DNA of 32,000 bases from Acaryochloris marina MBIC11017 (lineage in GTDB: Bacteria > Cyanobacteriota > Cyanobacteriia > Thermosynechococcales > Thermosynechococcaceae), in the NCBI RefSeq assembly GCF_000018105.1, contig NC_009925.1, positions 330,001 to 362,000 of the forward strand, given 5' to 3'. Under the pieces are notes generated by a model. It was not told where the DNA came from and made no database searches. It saw nothing but the letters and a program-made list of their open reading frames with translations. Made by a program: the position numbers and the translations under genes. The number at the start of each line of letters is the position of its first letter. Positions within the stretch are counted from its first letter, which is position 1. Positions 1 to 9,655 of this stretch are shown here, piece after piece.

Positions 1-390
1 CCTCTAATAATCATTCCCATCCCCGAGGGCTATCCTATCTCGCTTCATATCAAGATTTATGTTCTAAAGGCCAGAGATTAGCTAGATTGACATCAATAAT
101 TGACCACCGAAAACGGACTAAGTTTAGAGACACTACAGCAATGGTTTTACAATTCAGATCAGATATTCCATTCTTTTGAGGCCTTCGATGCAATTTAATG
201 AATAGCGAAAGAAAATACTAGGCTATTCTTAATTCCAAAAATCTATGCAATTGATACAAAGTATGCATACAAAGACTGTTTTCTTTTATTCTTTATTCAC
301 AGTATTTTGTTAAATAGGATACAGTCGATTTTTAATAGACATGGTACGTTGAGGAGCAATCTAAGAATTTATATTTTCCATAATTCTAAT

Positions 391-420
391 CCCTCGGCGA
401 AGTCGCTGAGGGATTTTTGT
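391..420 (+). terminator. Rho-independent terminator-like hairpin with T-tail
   Basis: The sequence reads ccctcggcg / aagt / cgctgaggg, a 9-bp stem with one G:U pair, followed by atttttgt. No plus-strand gene is visible upstream inside the window. Confidence 0.35.
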
Positions 421-469
421 ACTCTATTATTTTTGCTAATTTTTCAATATTTTTTAAGCCGAGAACACT

Positions 470-1843
470 TTAGGTTTGGCTTAGAGAAGATTGAAAGTTC
501 TGTTGATTTTTCAAAATCTGTAAGGAAAGAGAAAGCGTCAGGGTAGCCATGTAAACCGTGAGGGAGGTCCACAGCAGATGATTACTTTGGTAATACCAAC
601 CCGCGATCGCAATCGGTGCATAGCCAATTCCCAGCGCCGTCAACGCAGAATTTCGAAGAATAGCGCCCTCTTTGAGACCAATAAAATATCCTTCTAATAC
701 GAAGGCTACCGCTGTTAAACTCAGTAGCGGTACCAACCAGATCACATAGGTATGGATGGAATAGCTGACTTCTGTATGGCTGGTCAATAGTCCAAACACC
801 GTCACTGGAAACAGAACGGAAAGAACTGCAAAAGGCAGGGAGATTAGCAGTCCATGAACAATCGAGGTATAGAGAATTGGCATCATCAATTCTGACTCCC
901 CTTTGCCCTTAAAGTTGCCAACGAGGGTCTGAGTCGTGAGCCCAACACCATTCACCGTGAACTGGCTTAAAAAGGCGATTTGGAGCATCAAACCATTTTC
1001 CGCCAGGATAGTTGTGCCCAAGGTGGTGCTCAAGTTGGTGAAAATGGCATAGGCCGAAATTAAGGCCACAAAGCGAATTAGGATATTCCCCTTGAGCAGC
1101 AGGGTGGATTTGAAGGCAGCGACATCCCAGACCTGTTTTAAGGCAGCAGGCACCCGAGCCCATTCGATGCTGGAGACCACTGCGACTAAAGCTACTCCCA
1201 GGGCTAAATATTGGCTAAGGGCTGTTGCGAGTCCTGCCCCCATGCTGTCCCAACCCCAGCGGTTAATCATCAAATAGTCCAGGAGGACATTGGAACCGTT
1301 ACCAACCAGTGAAATAATTAGGACAATCCGGTTCATTTCCCGCCCCAAGAACCAGCCAATCAGCACAAAGTTAAGCAATACGGCGGGGGCTCCCCAGATG
1401 CGGGCATTGAAGTAATCGAGCCCTGCGGCTTCAATTTCTGGAGAACCGGATAAGACCGCAAACCCCAGACGTTGCAAGGGATATTGCAGGATAAGGATGA
1501 GGATGGCTACTGCGATCGCAACCATGCTGCTGCGCAATCCAGCCAACAGAACCTCTTGATGGTTCTTCTCACCTTCCGCTTGGGCTGTAATAGCGTTGGT
1601 ACTATTTCTAAAGAACTTGAGGATGCGGTAGAGGTAATCGAAGAGAACGCTACCCAAGATCACCCCAGCTAGGTGGCGAATATCGTCGAGATGTCCCAGG
1701 AAGGCCGTATCAAACAAACCCGCCAGGGGCACCATCATATTCGATAGGGCACTCACAACCGCGAGCTGATAAAAGCGAGGGAGAAAACTTCTATAGTGAG
1801 CCGGGATTGATAAGCCCATACTTACCTTTTCTAGCATCCTCAA
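470..1843 (-). CDS. MATE family efflux transporter (DinF-like), polytopic membrane protein
   Basis: The 457-aa ORF is hydrophobic throughout. Its N-terminal region (LSNMMVPLAGLFDTAFLGHL...NAITAQAEG) is typical of MATE/DinF proteins. The true start may be an internal Met. Confidence 0.8.
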   Translation of the reverse strand: MRMLEKVSMGLSIPAHYRSFLPRFYQLAVVSALSNMMVPLAGLFDTAFLGHLDDIRHLAGVILGSVLFDYLYRILKFFRNSTNAITAQAEGEKNHQEVLLAGLRSSMVAIAVAILILILQYPLQRLGFAVLSGSPEIEAAGLDYFNARIWGAPAVLLNFVLIGWFLGREMNRIVLIISLVGNGSNVLLDYLMINRWGWDSMGAGLATALSQYLALGVALVAVVSSIEWARVPAALKQVWDVAAFKSTLLLKGNILIRFVALISAYAIFTNLSTTLGTTILAENGLMLQIAFLSQFTVNGVGLTTQTLVGNFKGKGESELMMPILYTSIVHGLLISLPFAVLSVLFPVTVFGLLTSHTEVSYSIHTYVIWLVPLLSLTAVAFVLEGYFIGLKEGAILRNSALTALGIGYAPIAIAGWYYQSNHLLWTSLTVYMATLTLSLSLQILKNQQNFQSSLSQT

Positions 1844-2199
1844 TATGGACCTCTATCTGCATCTCTAAAGAATATTCAACAGAGAAGGGAATCCCTACAT
1901 TGGCCAACCCAAAAGATAGAGTTTAGTTTAGTTAAATCACTCCAGACCGATCAAGAATTGGGCTTAAAATGACTACCCAATATTTTTCTAGGTTAGGTGC
2001 AGATAAGTAACTGATAACATAGTTTTTCTAGGTTCTTGAATAAGCTTATTTGTGACTTAATCTGAAGTTTGCCTACTATTAACCTTCCTCCTCAGCAGCA
2101 AAAGTTGATCTGCTAATTCTTCAGTATTTGGGTAAATTCATTACCTTTTCTTAAATTAATCACGATAGCCTTAGTCTTAGGCTCATCACCCCATTCTTT

Positions 2200-4383
2200 A
2201 TGTCTATCAGCCGCAGAAACTTCTTGTTATTTATGGGCGCAGCAACCACCATGGTGACCTGCAATGCCTCCGCAAATAGACCCTACCGTTCGTCCACAGC
2301 TACAGAAGCAACGATTTCCTTCAAACCCGTTCGGGTCCCTATTCCCCTGGACATTGAAGGGCTATCCCCAGAACAGCAAAAGCAAGCCTACAGTACCTAT
2401 CAGGTCATTGATGATTTGGTCCTGCCGGAAGGCTATGTCTATGAAACCATTGCCGCTTGGGGAGACCCGGTTGGCGATTCTCGGTTTGGCTACAATAATG
2501 ACTTTGTCTCTTTTGTAGAGACAGCACCAAACTCAGGTTATCTATCGATCAACTTCGAATATATTAGCGGTAAAACCTGGATGCAGACCTATGAGCAGGT
2601 TTTAGGCAAGTCTCTCCCGTTTGATCAAGTTCGAGCCGCTATGGGACAGGAGAAAATTGATGCTTTTGGCCTACCCGCAGACGATCCCCTCAAGCAACAA
2701 ATTGAAGCGATTGCCAAGGAGGGGCTGATTGATCAAGGTATTGGGGTGATCGCAATCCAATCGAAGCAAGGTAAATGGATGCGCCAGTCTTCTGCACAAG
2801 ATCGACGAATTACTGGAATTTCCGGTTTGGAAGATGGTCACTATTTAAAGGCAACCGGACCCGGAGTGGCGGTGTTTACAAAGCCCAAGAAGCGGGGCTA
2901 CGACGATAATTTGGGCAGCCGCATTATTGGCACCTTCCAAAATTGTGCGGGTGGGACCACCCCTTGGGGGACCATCTTGAGCGCCGAAGAAAACTTCCAA
3001 GACCAAGTCCCCGAACCCGTGATGGCGGATGGCTCCTCTTTTCCCCCTTCCCATACCCCGTTTGAACTGACGGAAGATAAGGTGGATGGTCGGGGAAATC
3101 CCTTTGGTCTGGCTGGGAATAAATATGGCTGGATGGTAGAAGTCGATCCGAGTAATCCCAAGAACTATGGCATCAAGCATACTTGGCTAGGGCGGTATCG
3201 CCATGAAGCTGTTGCAGTGAATGCTATGGAAGGTCAGCCTTTGGCCGTGTATTCGGGATGCGATCGCAGGGGCGGTCATCTCTATAAATTCGTCAGCACC
3301 GGCAAAGTTAAAAACCCCACGGACAAAGCCAACTCCAAACTCCTGGAGAAAGGCATGCTGTACGGTGCCCAATTGAATGCCGATGGTACGGGTCAATGGA
3401 TTCCCCTGAAAACCAGCACTCCCATTAACCCCATCCTCCCCAGTCAGGTTCTAGGCGAACCTGACTCTAGCCTGGTTACTTTGCCCAACCCCGATCGTCA
3501 GGAAGGCGGCTACATCGACGTCACTAGCGATCAAGACGCCATATCCTTCCAGCAAACCTTTAAAACCTTGGGCGATCTCTACGAAGGCAGCGCCAACGAA
3601 CGCCAAGGGGCGATCCTGGTTGATGCTCACTATGCAGCCAATGCGGCTGGAATTACTTGCTTAGCCAGACCCGAAGACACCACCTTTGATCCAGAACAGA
3701 AGGCGCTTTTTGTGGCCTTTACTTCCGGTGGGCCTGGGGGAGATGGCGGTCCCGACCAACAAATCTTTCAAGGCCCCAATGGAGAAGCGCCTTACGAATA
3801 TGGGTGGATTATGAAAATCATGGAGGCAGACGATAATCCAGCCGCCATGCAGTTCCGGTGGGTGATGGTTGCCGTAGGTGGAGAACCCGCCCAGGATGGC
3901 CTTGGGTTTGCCAATCCAGACAACCTAGAAATCGATGCTCAAGGCAACCTGTGGATGGTAACGGACATGTCCACCAGTAAGCACAATCTGGCCATTCCCA
4001 ATCGTAGTGGTGTTGATCCATCCAAACTACGGGGCATTTTTGGTAATAATACAGCCTGGTACCTACCCTTGATGGGTACCCACGCGGGTAAGGCCTTTCC
4101 TTTTGCGATGGGTCCGATGGATAGTGAGCTTTGTGGGTTATGTCTACACCCGAACCAAAAAGCTCTCTTTTTAACGGCCCAACATCCAGGTGAAGCAGGC
4201 GGTATCCGGCAAAAAATGGCGTCTGAAACCCGAGAAATTGCCATACTGACCACAGATGGTCAGGCATTTCTGCAGGCTAGGGAGGTGCCCATCGGTTCCA
4301 ATTGGCCGGAAAAAAAAGCAACGGACCCGCCTAAACCTGCTTTGGTTGCTATCTATCGTTCGGATGGCAAAGTCTTGATTTAA
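2200..4383 (+). CDS. phoX: PhoX-family (DUF839) secreted phosphatase with a twin-arginine signal
   Basis: The N-terminus SRRNFLLFMGAA fits a Tat motif. PhoX/DUF839-like blocks are present: WGDP, NCAGGTTPWGTILSAEEN, GWMVEVDP, RPEDT and NPDNLEIDAQGNLWMVTD. Confidence 0.75.
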   Translation: MSISRRNFLLFMGAATTMVTCNASANRPYRSSTATEATISFKPVRVPIPLDIEGLSPEQQKQAYSTYQVIDDLVLPEGYVYETIAAWGDPVGDSRFGYNNDFVSFVETAPNSGYLSINFEYISGKTWMQTYEQVLGKSLPFDQVRAAMGQEKIDAFGLPADDPLKQQIEAIAKEGLIDQGIGVIAIQSKQGKWMRQSSAQDRRITGISGLEDGHYLKATGPGVAVFTKPKKRGYDDNLGSRIIGTFQNCAGGTTPWGTILSAEENFQDQVPEPVMADGSSFPPSHTPFELTEDKVDGRGNPFGLAGNKYGWMVEVDPSNPKNYGIKHTWLGRYRHEAVAVNAMEGQPLAVYSGCDRRGGHLYKFVSTGKVKNPTDKANSKLLEKGMLYGAQLNADGTGQWIPLKTSTPINPILPSQVLGEPDSSLVTLPNPDRQEGGYIDVTSDQDAISFQQTFKTLGDLYEGSANERQGAILVDAHYAANAAGITCLARPEDTTFDPEQKALFVAFTSGGPGGDGGPDQQIFQGPNGEAPYEYGWIMKIMEADDNPAAMQFRWVMVAVGGEPAQDGLGFANPDNLEIDAQGNLWMVTDMSTSKHNLAIPNRSGVDPSKLRGIFGNNTAWYLPLMGTHAGKAFPFAMGPMDSELCGLCLHPNQKALFLTAQHPGEAGGIRQKMASETREIAILTTDGQAFLQAREVPIGSNWPEKKATDPPKPALVAIYRSDGKVLI

Positions 4384-4453
4384 TCATTCCATACGTAAAC
4401 TGGATACATCGGTTCCAACGTCTATTGAAAATAGCTGCTTGTGGACGAAGCGG

Positions 4454-5419
4454 TTAATTTGAGTCCATTGCTGCTTGTAAACCACATCCACCCATCGACA
4501 AATCGAACAGGTGCAACCCTAGTTTTTGAGAAAGTGCTTCTAGAACTCGACGGCCCCGAATGCTATTCCCATATTCATCCAGCAGAGGAGAAAATACGGC
4601 AATGCCTGCTCGGTTGGGGACCACGGCCATAATCCCTCCAGAAACGCCACTCTTTGCAGGTAAACCGACTTTATAGGCCCATTCCCCGGCAAAGTCATAC
4701 ATGCCGCAGGTGTACATGACGCTAAGAATATCTTTGACATAGCCGGATTCGACGGCCCGTTCTTGGGTGATGGGATTAATCCCTTTATGGGCTAGAGTGG
4801 CTGCCATCACGGCTAAGTCATGGCAATTGACCAATACTGAACATTGCTGAAAATAGAGATCTAGGGCTTCATCGATATTCTTGTCGATCATACCGAAATT
4901 GAGCATTAAGTGGGCAATAGCTCGGTTACGATGCCCGGTATCCCGCTCGGACATAAATACGGGCATATCAATAAAGACTTCATGGCCCACATAGCGGCGA
5001 AACATCTCCAACAATCGGTTGAGGCGGTCGGTAGGGCCATTGCCTCGAATCAAGCTGGTTGTGGCGATCGCTCCCGCGTTAATCATGGGATTGTCGGGTC
5101 GCTTGGAGTCTTCGTCTAGGCGAATCAGAGAATTGAAGGGATCTCCGGTGGGTTCAACCCCTACTTTTGCGAGTAAGGCGTCCTGGCCATGATCGGCAAG
5201 GGCCATACCATAGACAAAGACCTTGGAAATGGATTGGATGGTAAAGGTTTGCTGACAATTCCCCACTTGGAAGGTTTGACCATCGGTGGTGACGATAGAA
5301 ATGGCAAACCAATTGGGATCGGCTTTACACAGTTCTGGAATATAGCAGGCCAGTTGTCCAGCATCTTGCTGATGGTAGGTTTGATGAAAGGATTCGAGAA
5401 GGACTTGTAACTCCGACAT
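4454..5419 (-). CDS. glsA: Glutaminase A
   Basis: The 321-aa ORF carries glutaminase blocks: [15 protein letters not shown] (active-site S-x-x-K), NPMINAGAI and [12 protein letters not shown]. Confidence 0.9.
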
Positions 5420-5470
5420 TGATTCCCCTACTAAGTCTGGAGCTATTGTCGCAAATATTGCGGGGTGCGA

Positions 5471-5687
5471 TCACATCAGTGAGGTCATTGGCGCAAATTC
5501 GGTTTCTCTGATTTGTCGAGTTTTAACGGGTCGGGCAGGATTGTCTTGTATAAATGGTCATAGGGGCTAGAGACCTGCCTGCAATATTACCAAGACACAG
5601 TACTGAACCTTGACCCATCGTAACCCCTGGCCCGACTATGGTTTTCGCCCTCACCCAGGATCGTGACTCCAGGCGTATGGAAGACAG
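5471..5687 (-). pseudogene. C-terminal relic of a hexapeptide-repeat (LbH) acetyltransferase, 5'-truncated and frameshifted
   Basis: The minus-strand translation reads ...SWVRAKTIVGPGVTMGQGSVLCLGNIAGRSLAPMTIYT. After a 1-nt frame change it continues NPARPVKTRQIRE, the typical GNPA-x-x-(V/I)-K tail of WcaF/LacA-like enzymes. There is no N-terminal half. Its GC content resembles the core, not the island. Confidence 0.4.
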
Positions 5688-5704
5688 TTATAAGGACAAA
5701 TCGG

Positions 5705-5727
5705 GGGCTTGCTAGTCATGCAAGCCC
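5705..5727. repeat. Perfect 8-bp-stem palindromic hairpin at the island boundary
   Basis: The sequence is gggcttgc / tagtcat / gcaagccc. The arm sequence gggcttgct is identical to the tip of the MITE at 8741-8932. It lies 43 nt downstream of the methyltransferase stop at 5770, and its U-tail is weak. Confidence 0.4.
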
Positions 5728-5769
5728 GTTCCTAGATAAATAAACTATGCTTCTATATGAAATACCTCA

Positions 5770-6600
5770 TTATTGGTGTACATAAGTCAGATCATTAAGC
5801 GCGGTATTTTGCTGGTCTAGATTGGAAGAGTATCTTGGCTTATAGGCTTCAATGCAAATGCTAAAGTATGGCCAACGGATGAGGGGTGTAACTAGCCAAT
5901 CAATATATTGCGGTAGTAGTCTCAATGGCAAAACTAATATCCATGCAAGCATAGGATTTATTCGGGACAATAACCTCAATAGATAGGTGATTTTTTGGCT
6001 AGTAAAGCCACTACAAAAAGAAGTTTTCTCAAGAACTAGGCCAGCTTGCTGACAAAGTTCATCTAACATGGCTTCAGTATATCCACGTCTAACATGTCCT
6101 CCATCTTCAATCGTTGAGAATGGCCCCATATCCCCAGATGTGATAGGAAGATAATGAAGGTATGGAGTCGTGAGTAGAAGCCGTCCGCCAGGTTTTAAGC
6201 AATTGGAAATATCCCTTAAGAGTTTTTTATCATCAATGATATGTTCGACATTTTCAAAGCATATTGCATAATCAAAAATGCCAATCAAGTCCTTTCGAGT
6301 ATCAAGATGGCGAACATCTTGCACCTCAAATTTTGCAGAACTTACATCACAAATCTTTGCTCTTAGATCTGCAGTTGTCTGATTGCGTTCATCCCAGCTT
6401 AATCCAAGAGTAGTAAATCCACGACGGGCTGCACCGATGGAAAATGCCCCATTACCGCAACCGATATCGATTAGTTTTTCATCATTTCGTGATTCTGGTA
6501 AATGGCTTTTTAGCCAGCGCCATCTGTCAAGCACCAAAGTATCACCATGAATCAATGTTGCTCCAAATCCAAATATTTTTACAAGCAATGACTTATCCAT
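5770..6600 (-). CDS. Class I SAM-dependent methyltransferase with a hydrophobic C-terminal tail
   Basis: Motif I is LIDIGCGNGAF. The post-I/II region reads FDYAICFENVEHI and the LKPGGRLLLTTP motif is present. Confidence 0.85.
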   Translation of the reverse strand: MDKSLLVKIFGFGATLIHGDTLVLDRWRWLKSHLPESRNDEKLIDIGCGNGAFSIGAARRGFTTLGLSWDERNQTTADLRAKICDVSSAKFEVQDVRHLDTRKDLIGIFDYAICFENVEHIIDDKKLLRDISNCLKPGGRLLLTTPYLHYLPITSGDMGPFSTIEDGGHVRRGYTEAMLDELCQQAGLVLEKTSFCSGFTSQKITYLLRLLSRINPMLAWILVLPLRLLPQYIDWLVTPLIRWPYFSICIEAYKPRYSSNLDQQNTALNDLTYVHQ

Positions 6601-6660
6601 TTAAAATTCTCAAAAACATTCAATATTGAATCAATGAGATCAATGTAAGAGCTATTCACG

Positions 6661-7452
6661 TCAAATTTCTTTTTTTAGAAAAATAAATAGATTATTTTTC
6701 AAATAAAATGGGAGAAAACTATCAATAATTTTCATAATAAAAAAAAGGAAACTATTGTTAAAGAAATATGCAGGTTCAGAATTAAAATAATAAGTATAAT
6801 TTTCATATTTATCGTCTGGGAATAGTATATCTATTTTTCTAGCAGAATTCATCCTATACATAGTTGGGAAAACATCTATTTCATTTCTCAAAGGTTGTAC
6901 ATACTTAAGAATTTGCTCATGCCAAGAGTTTCTTATTAGTTGAATCAAAATATAAACATAGTTATATTTATTTGGAGTCCTAGCACATATCCAACCTCCT
7001 GCCTTAAGAATGCGAGTAAACTCCTGGGCAATTTCATTTTCATTTTCAATATGTTCAAAAGTAAAATCTGATATTATTAGGTCAAACGAATTATCGTCAA
7101 ACGGAAGCTTTTCGCCAATCTTTATTACTACTTTTTCATCTACTGTTGGATTATCATATATTGCTTCATCTATATCACAACCGACAATTTTTTTAACTTT
7201 CCCTTGTAAATCATGAAGTGATTTTCGATAAGGACAAGAATAATCTTCTTTCCAGGAGCCTCTGCCAGCACCAAAGTCAAGCACTACCATTGAATTATTC
7301 AACAGAGAGTTTATCCTTGAGTAAAACTCAACTGTTCCATCAACTGAGGTATAACCGCTTATATTAAATTCTGGATAATGGTTCCCAATTATTTTTGAAC
7401 GCCTGCTAGCAGCTCTAGTTCGACATTGAGTGATTATATTTGTTTTACGCAT
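6661..7452 (-). CDS. Class I SAM-dependent methyltransferase
   Basis: Motif I is VVLDFGAGRGSW, followed by FDLIISDFTFEHIENE and LKAGGWICARTPN. Confidence 0.8.
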   Translation of the reverse strand: MRKTNIITQCRTRAASRRSKIIGNHYPEFNISGYTSVDGTVEFYSRINSLLNNSMVVLDFGAGRGSWKEDYSCPYRKSLHDLQGKVKKIVGCDIDEAIYDNPTVDEKVVIKIGEKLPFDDNSFDLIISDFTFEHIENENEIAQEFTRILKAGGWICARTPNKYNYVYILIQLIRNSWHEQILKYVQPLRNEIDVFPTMYRMNSARKIDILFPDDKYENYTYYFNSEPAYFFNNSFLFFIMKIIDSFLPFYLKNNLFIFLKKEI

Positions 7453-7468
7453 AATCGCTAAAAAAAAA

Positions 7469-8311
7469 TTAAGTTCTCATGAAATCATTTACCTTTCCGC
7501 CCCTTCTTTTTGTATCTCCTAAGAATTGCCAACAATCGTAACCTTTAAGAATTTCTGTGGGAACAGCTTTAGGCTCTATTTTTTTCAATAAAGCCTGCCC
7601 ATAACAATCTACAGTAAAATCACAAAAAAACTCAAAGTCATAGCTCCATAACTTTTCAATTAATTTCTTATCTGAGTCTGAAAGAACTAAATCTTTATTT
7701 TCTAGATTCTTATTTAGGTGCTGTAAATTAAAATCTAAACCAATTGATGATTTTAGGTAAGAACAATATTGATAAAGCCTTTCAAAAACACCTAGAGAAT
7801 CACCAATAAATTCTCCATTAGGGTTAATAAAAGCGTAAGACTGGTAAGGAAGTAAGTTTAGATCGCTTAGCCTCATAGCAAACTCGCTAAAACTATCAAT
7901 ATTTCTTTTAAGAAGCATATCTCACTCTGGATATATACGACAATGAAATAGATAATGTCTATAAATAGATAGTGACCATTCATATGGATTACGGATAATC
8001 CCAAACTTAAAATATTGCGAAAAAATTGTTTTAGGAAGTAACAATGAAGCTTGATAGAGTGTTGTATGAGGCCTATGCAAAAAATCATAGAATGGATATC
8101 TGTATGCAAAATCCCCAATTCTTCTGATCATCTTAAATAAAAGACTTTGTTCAATTGGTCGAATTTCTTTTGTTAAAGCTCTACGAATACTTGTTCCACC
8201 TGTCTTAGGATTATGTACAAAAATAAATCTTTTTTTGGTTGATAAATTCATCGCTAGCAACTTTCTGTTAACGTTAATAACCTTATAAAAGAAATTATAA
8301 AGTAAAGACAA
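7469..8311 (-). pseudogene. Family-2 sulfotransferase interrupted by one in-frame TGA
   Basis: ORFs 7922-8311 and 7469-7918 are in the same frame (...RIYPE-TGA-D-MLLKRN...). The N-terminal part has the PAPS 5'-phosphosulfate loop FIFVHNPKTGGTS and the IIRNPYEW block. The combined length of 843 nt equals that of the intact paralog at 24781-25623. Confidence 0.7.
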
Positions 8312-8399
8312 TTACGACTCACAATACATTCTGCAGAGCTGAACTAGTTTTTTCCCAGGGCTAATTCATTCTAAAAAATATCCATCATCATTTCTAACG

Positions 8400-8700
8400 A
8401 TTGCTCACAGTGCCGTTTTGCTTGAGCCATATTGGTAAATGCATACTCTCGGTAAAGATTGCAAAATTAGGTCGTGCATCAAAAAAGTGTGGGAAAGGTG
8501 GCTAAATCTTGCCATTCCCAAGGATGCTCCGTCAGTCCAGCTCGTTATGCAGCCGTATTCTTGAATCGAGAGTGGTGCCAGATCCAGTTGAAAACCAGCG
8601 TCACACTGCGCTCATTGAATCGACGACCACAGTCCTTGCAAAGGACCACTTAAGCTGTCTACAGTGTTTTAGTTCCGTTCTAAACTACACTATGGCTGCT
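8400..8700 (-). pseudogene. Degenerate transposase remnant (zinc-ribbon N-terminus, IS1595/IS6 style)
   Basis: The minus-strand translation of 8608-8640 gives CKDCGRRFNER, as in transposase Zn-ribbons (C-x2-C-G-R-x-F-N/S-E-R-T-G-T). The surrounding frames are riddled with stops and frame changes. Confidence 0.3.
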
Positions 8701-8734
8701 CTGAAAATGATATGGCATAAACATCAGCAGTCAC

Positions 8735-8938
8735 TACTTAGGGCTTGCTGAAAAAGTCGGAAGCAACTTGCAATCCTTATAACCGCGTGATTTCTTTAAA
8801 TTATACAAACAACTTAGTGCAAGGCAAAATTGCTCGAAACGTCGCAAAATCGTTAATTGGCCTTGCACATGAGAATGTTTTGACAAGCAAAAACAACCAT
8901 ACATTGATAATTTTGACTTTTTAAGCAAGCCCTACTTA
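8735..8938. mobile_element. MITE-like element (192 bp) with terminal inverted repeats and a 6-bp target-site duplication
   Basis: The left arm tagggcttgctgaaaaagtc (8739-8758) matches the reverse complement of gactttttaagcaagcccta (8915-8934) at 19 of 20 positions. A direct repeat TACTTA sits at 8735-8740 and 8933-8938. An internal 9-bp inverted repeat gtgcaaggc/gccttgcac is also present. There is no credible coding capacity. Confidence 0.55.
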
Positions 8939-8949
8939 ACTTAACGACT

Positions 8950-9557
8950 CTGCACTGAAAGTACAGAGGTTATTTATCGACTGAAAGTCCGGTTCCTCTC
9001 AGGACTAAAGTCCTGATTCACTCCAGCATGAACGTATCTAAATCGTTATTAGACACGAGACGGTGATGCTCCAAATATTCTTCCACCATCTGTTCACTGA
9101 TATTACCCGTACTCCAGGCCCCATAGCCTATCGCCCACAAATGTTTCCCCCAATATCGCTTCTCTCACTCTCGATACTCTTGCTGAAGGCGTCTTGATGT
9201 TCGTCCTTTCAGACACTTGACGATGTCACTGATCGATTTTGACGGAGGATATTCAATCAGCATATGAACATGATCTTTACTAACTACCCCTTTTAATATG
9301 CGGATATCCTCTGCATCACATATCTGGATAAGCAATTCTCGGCATCGTTTTTGCACTTCCCCTTTGAGCACTTGATAGCGATACTTAGTCACCCACACGA
9401 TATGAACTGTTAAACGGGTGACGGTATGATTCCCACGACGATTCTCGACCATACACTCCTTGATGCTGCTTCTCTATCCTGCATTAGAGGTGTGTAGCAA
9501 CTAAAGTCTCGCACTGAAAGTGCGTAGTTTTGGACTAGCGTGTTTAGGATAATAAAA
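8950..9557 (-). mobile_element. IS200-like (IS200/IS605 family, tnpA-only) insertion sequence
   Basis: It contains a Y1-transposase gene flanked by small hairpins (ctctg..cagag, aggac-taaa-gtcct, gcac-tgaaa-gtgc). The extent is defined by homology to the second copy at 12072-12791. Confidence 0.75.
9018..9452 (-). pseudogene. tnpA: IS200-type TnpA (Y1 transposase) with an in-frame TGA
   Basis: The translation reads ...HIVWVTKYRY...DHVHMLIEYPP...LKGRTSRRLQQEYRE-TGA-EKRYWGKHLWAIGYGAWSTGNISEQMVEEYLEHH. The stop at 9165-9167 lies where the IS200 TnpA consensus (EFP-x-L-RKRYWG) has Leu, consistent with TTA mutating to TGA. Confidence 0.8.
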
Positions 9558-9655
9558 AGTGCCACATAGAACATCTAGGAAGGGGATAAAATTTAATTAG
9601 GTGGCTTATTTGATAATAATTATTTAAGTTAATATCGATAAAATTCAGTTTTGGT

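Noticed and set aside
307-546. 79-aa plus-strand track ORF.
   Set aside because: It runs straight through the terminator hairpin at 391-420 and overlaps the 3' end of the MATE gene. It is low-complexity with no recognisable motif.
909-5410. Many 60-150-aa track ORFs overlapping the MATE, phoX and glsA genes (for example 909-1163, 1092-1277, 2264-2518, 2845-3180, 3818-4267, 4540-4740, 5189-5410).
   Set aside because: They are shadow ORFs on alternative frames or strands of well-supported longer genes in GC-richer DNA. None has a family signature.
5450-5462. 13-bp palindrome cgcaa-ata-ttgcg about 30 nt upstream of the glsA start, considered as an operator (for example for NtcA).
   Set aside because: It does not match GTA-N8-TAC and is too short to distinguish from chance. 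No further support was found.
8509-8928. Track ORFs 8509-8751 (+) and 8734-8928 (-) as possible small genes.
   Set aside because: The first lies antisense to the shredded transposase remnant. The second lies wholly within the MITE. Neither has a start context or motif.
7916-9167. Two in-frame TGA codons (7922-7924 in the sulfotransferase, 9165-9167 in IS200 tnpA) considered as selenocysteine or programmed recoding.
   Set aside because: The tnpA TGA aligns with a conserved Leu, a one-step change from TTA to TGA. I saw no SECIS-like structure immediately downstream of either codon. The surrounding island shows general gene decay. Simple nonsense mutations are the economical explanation.
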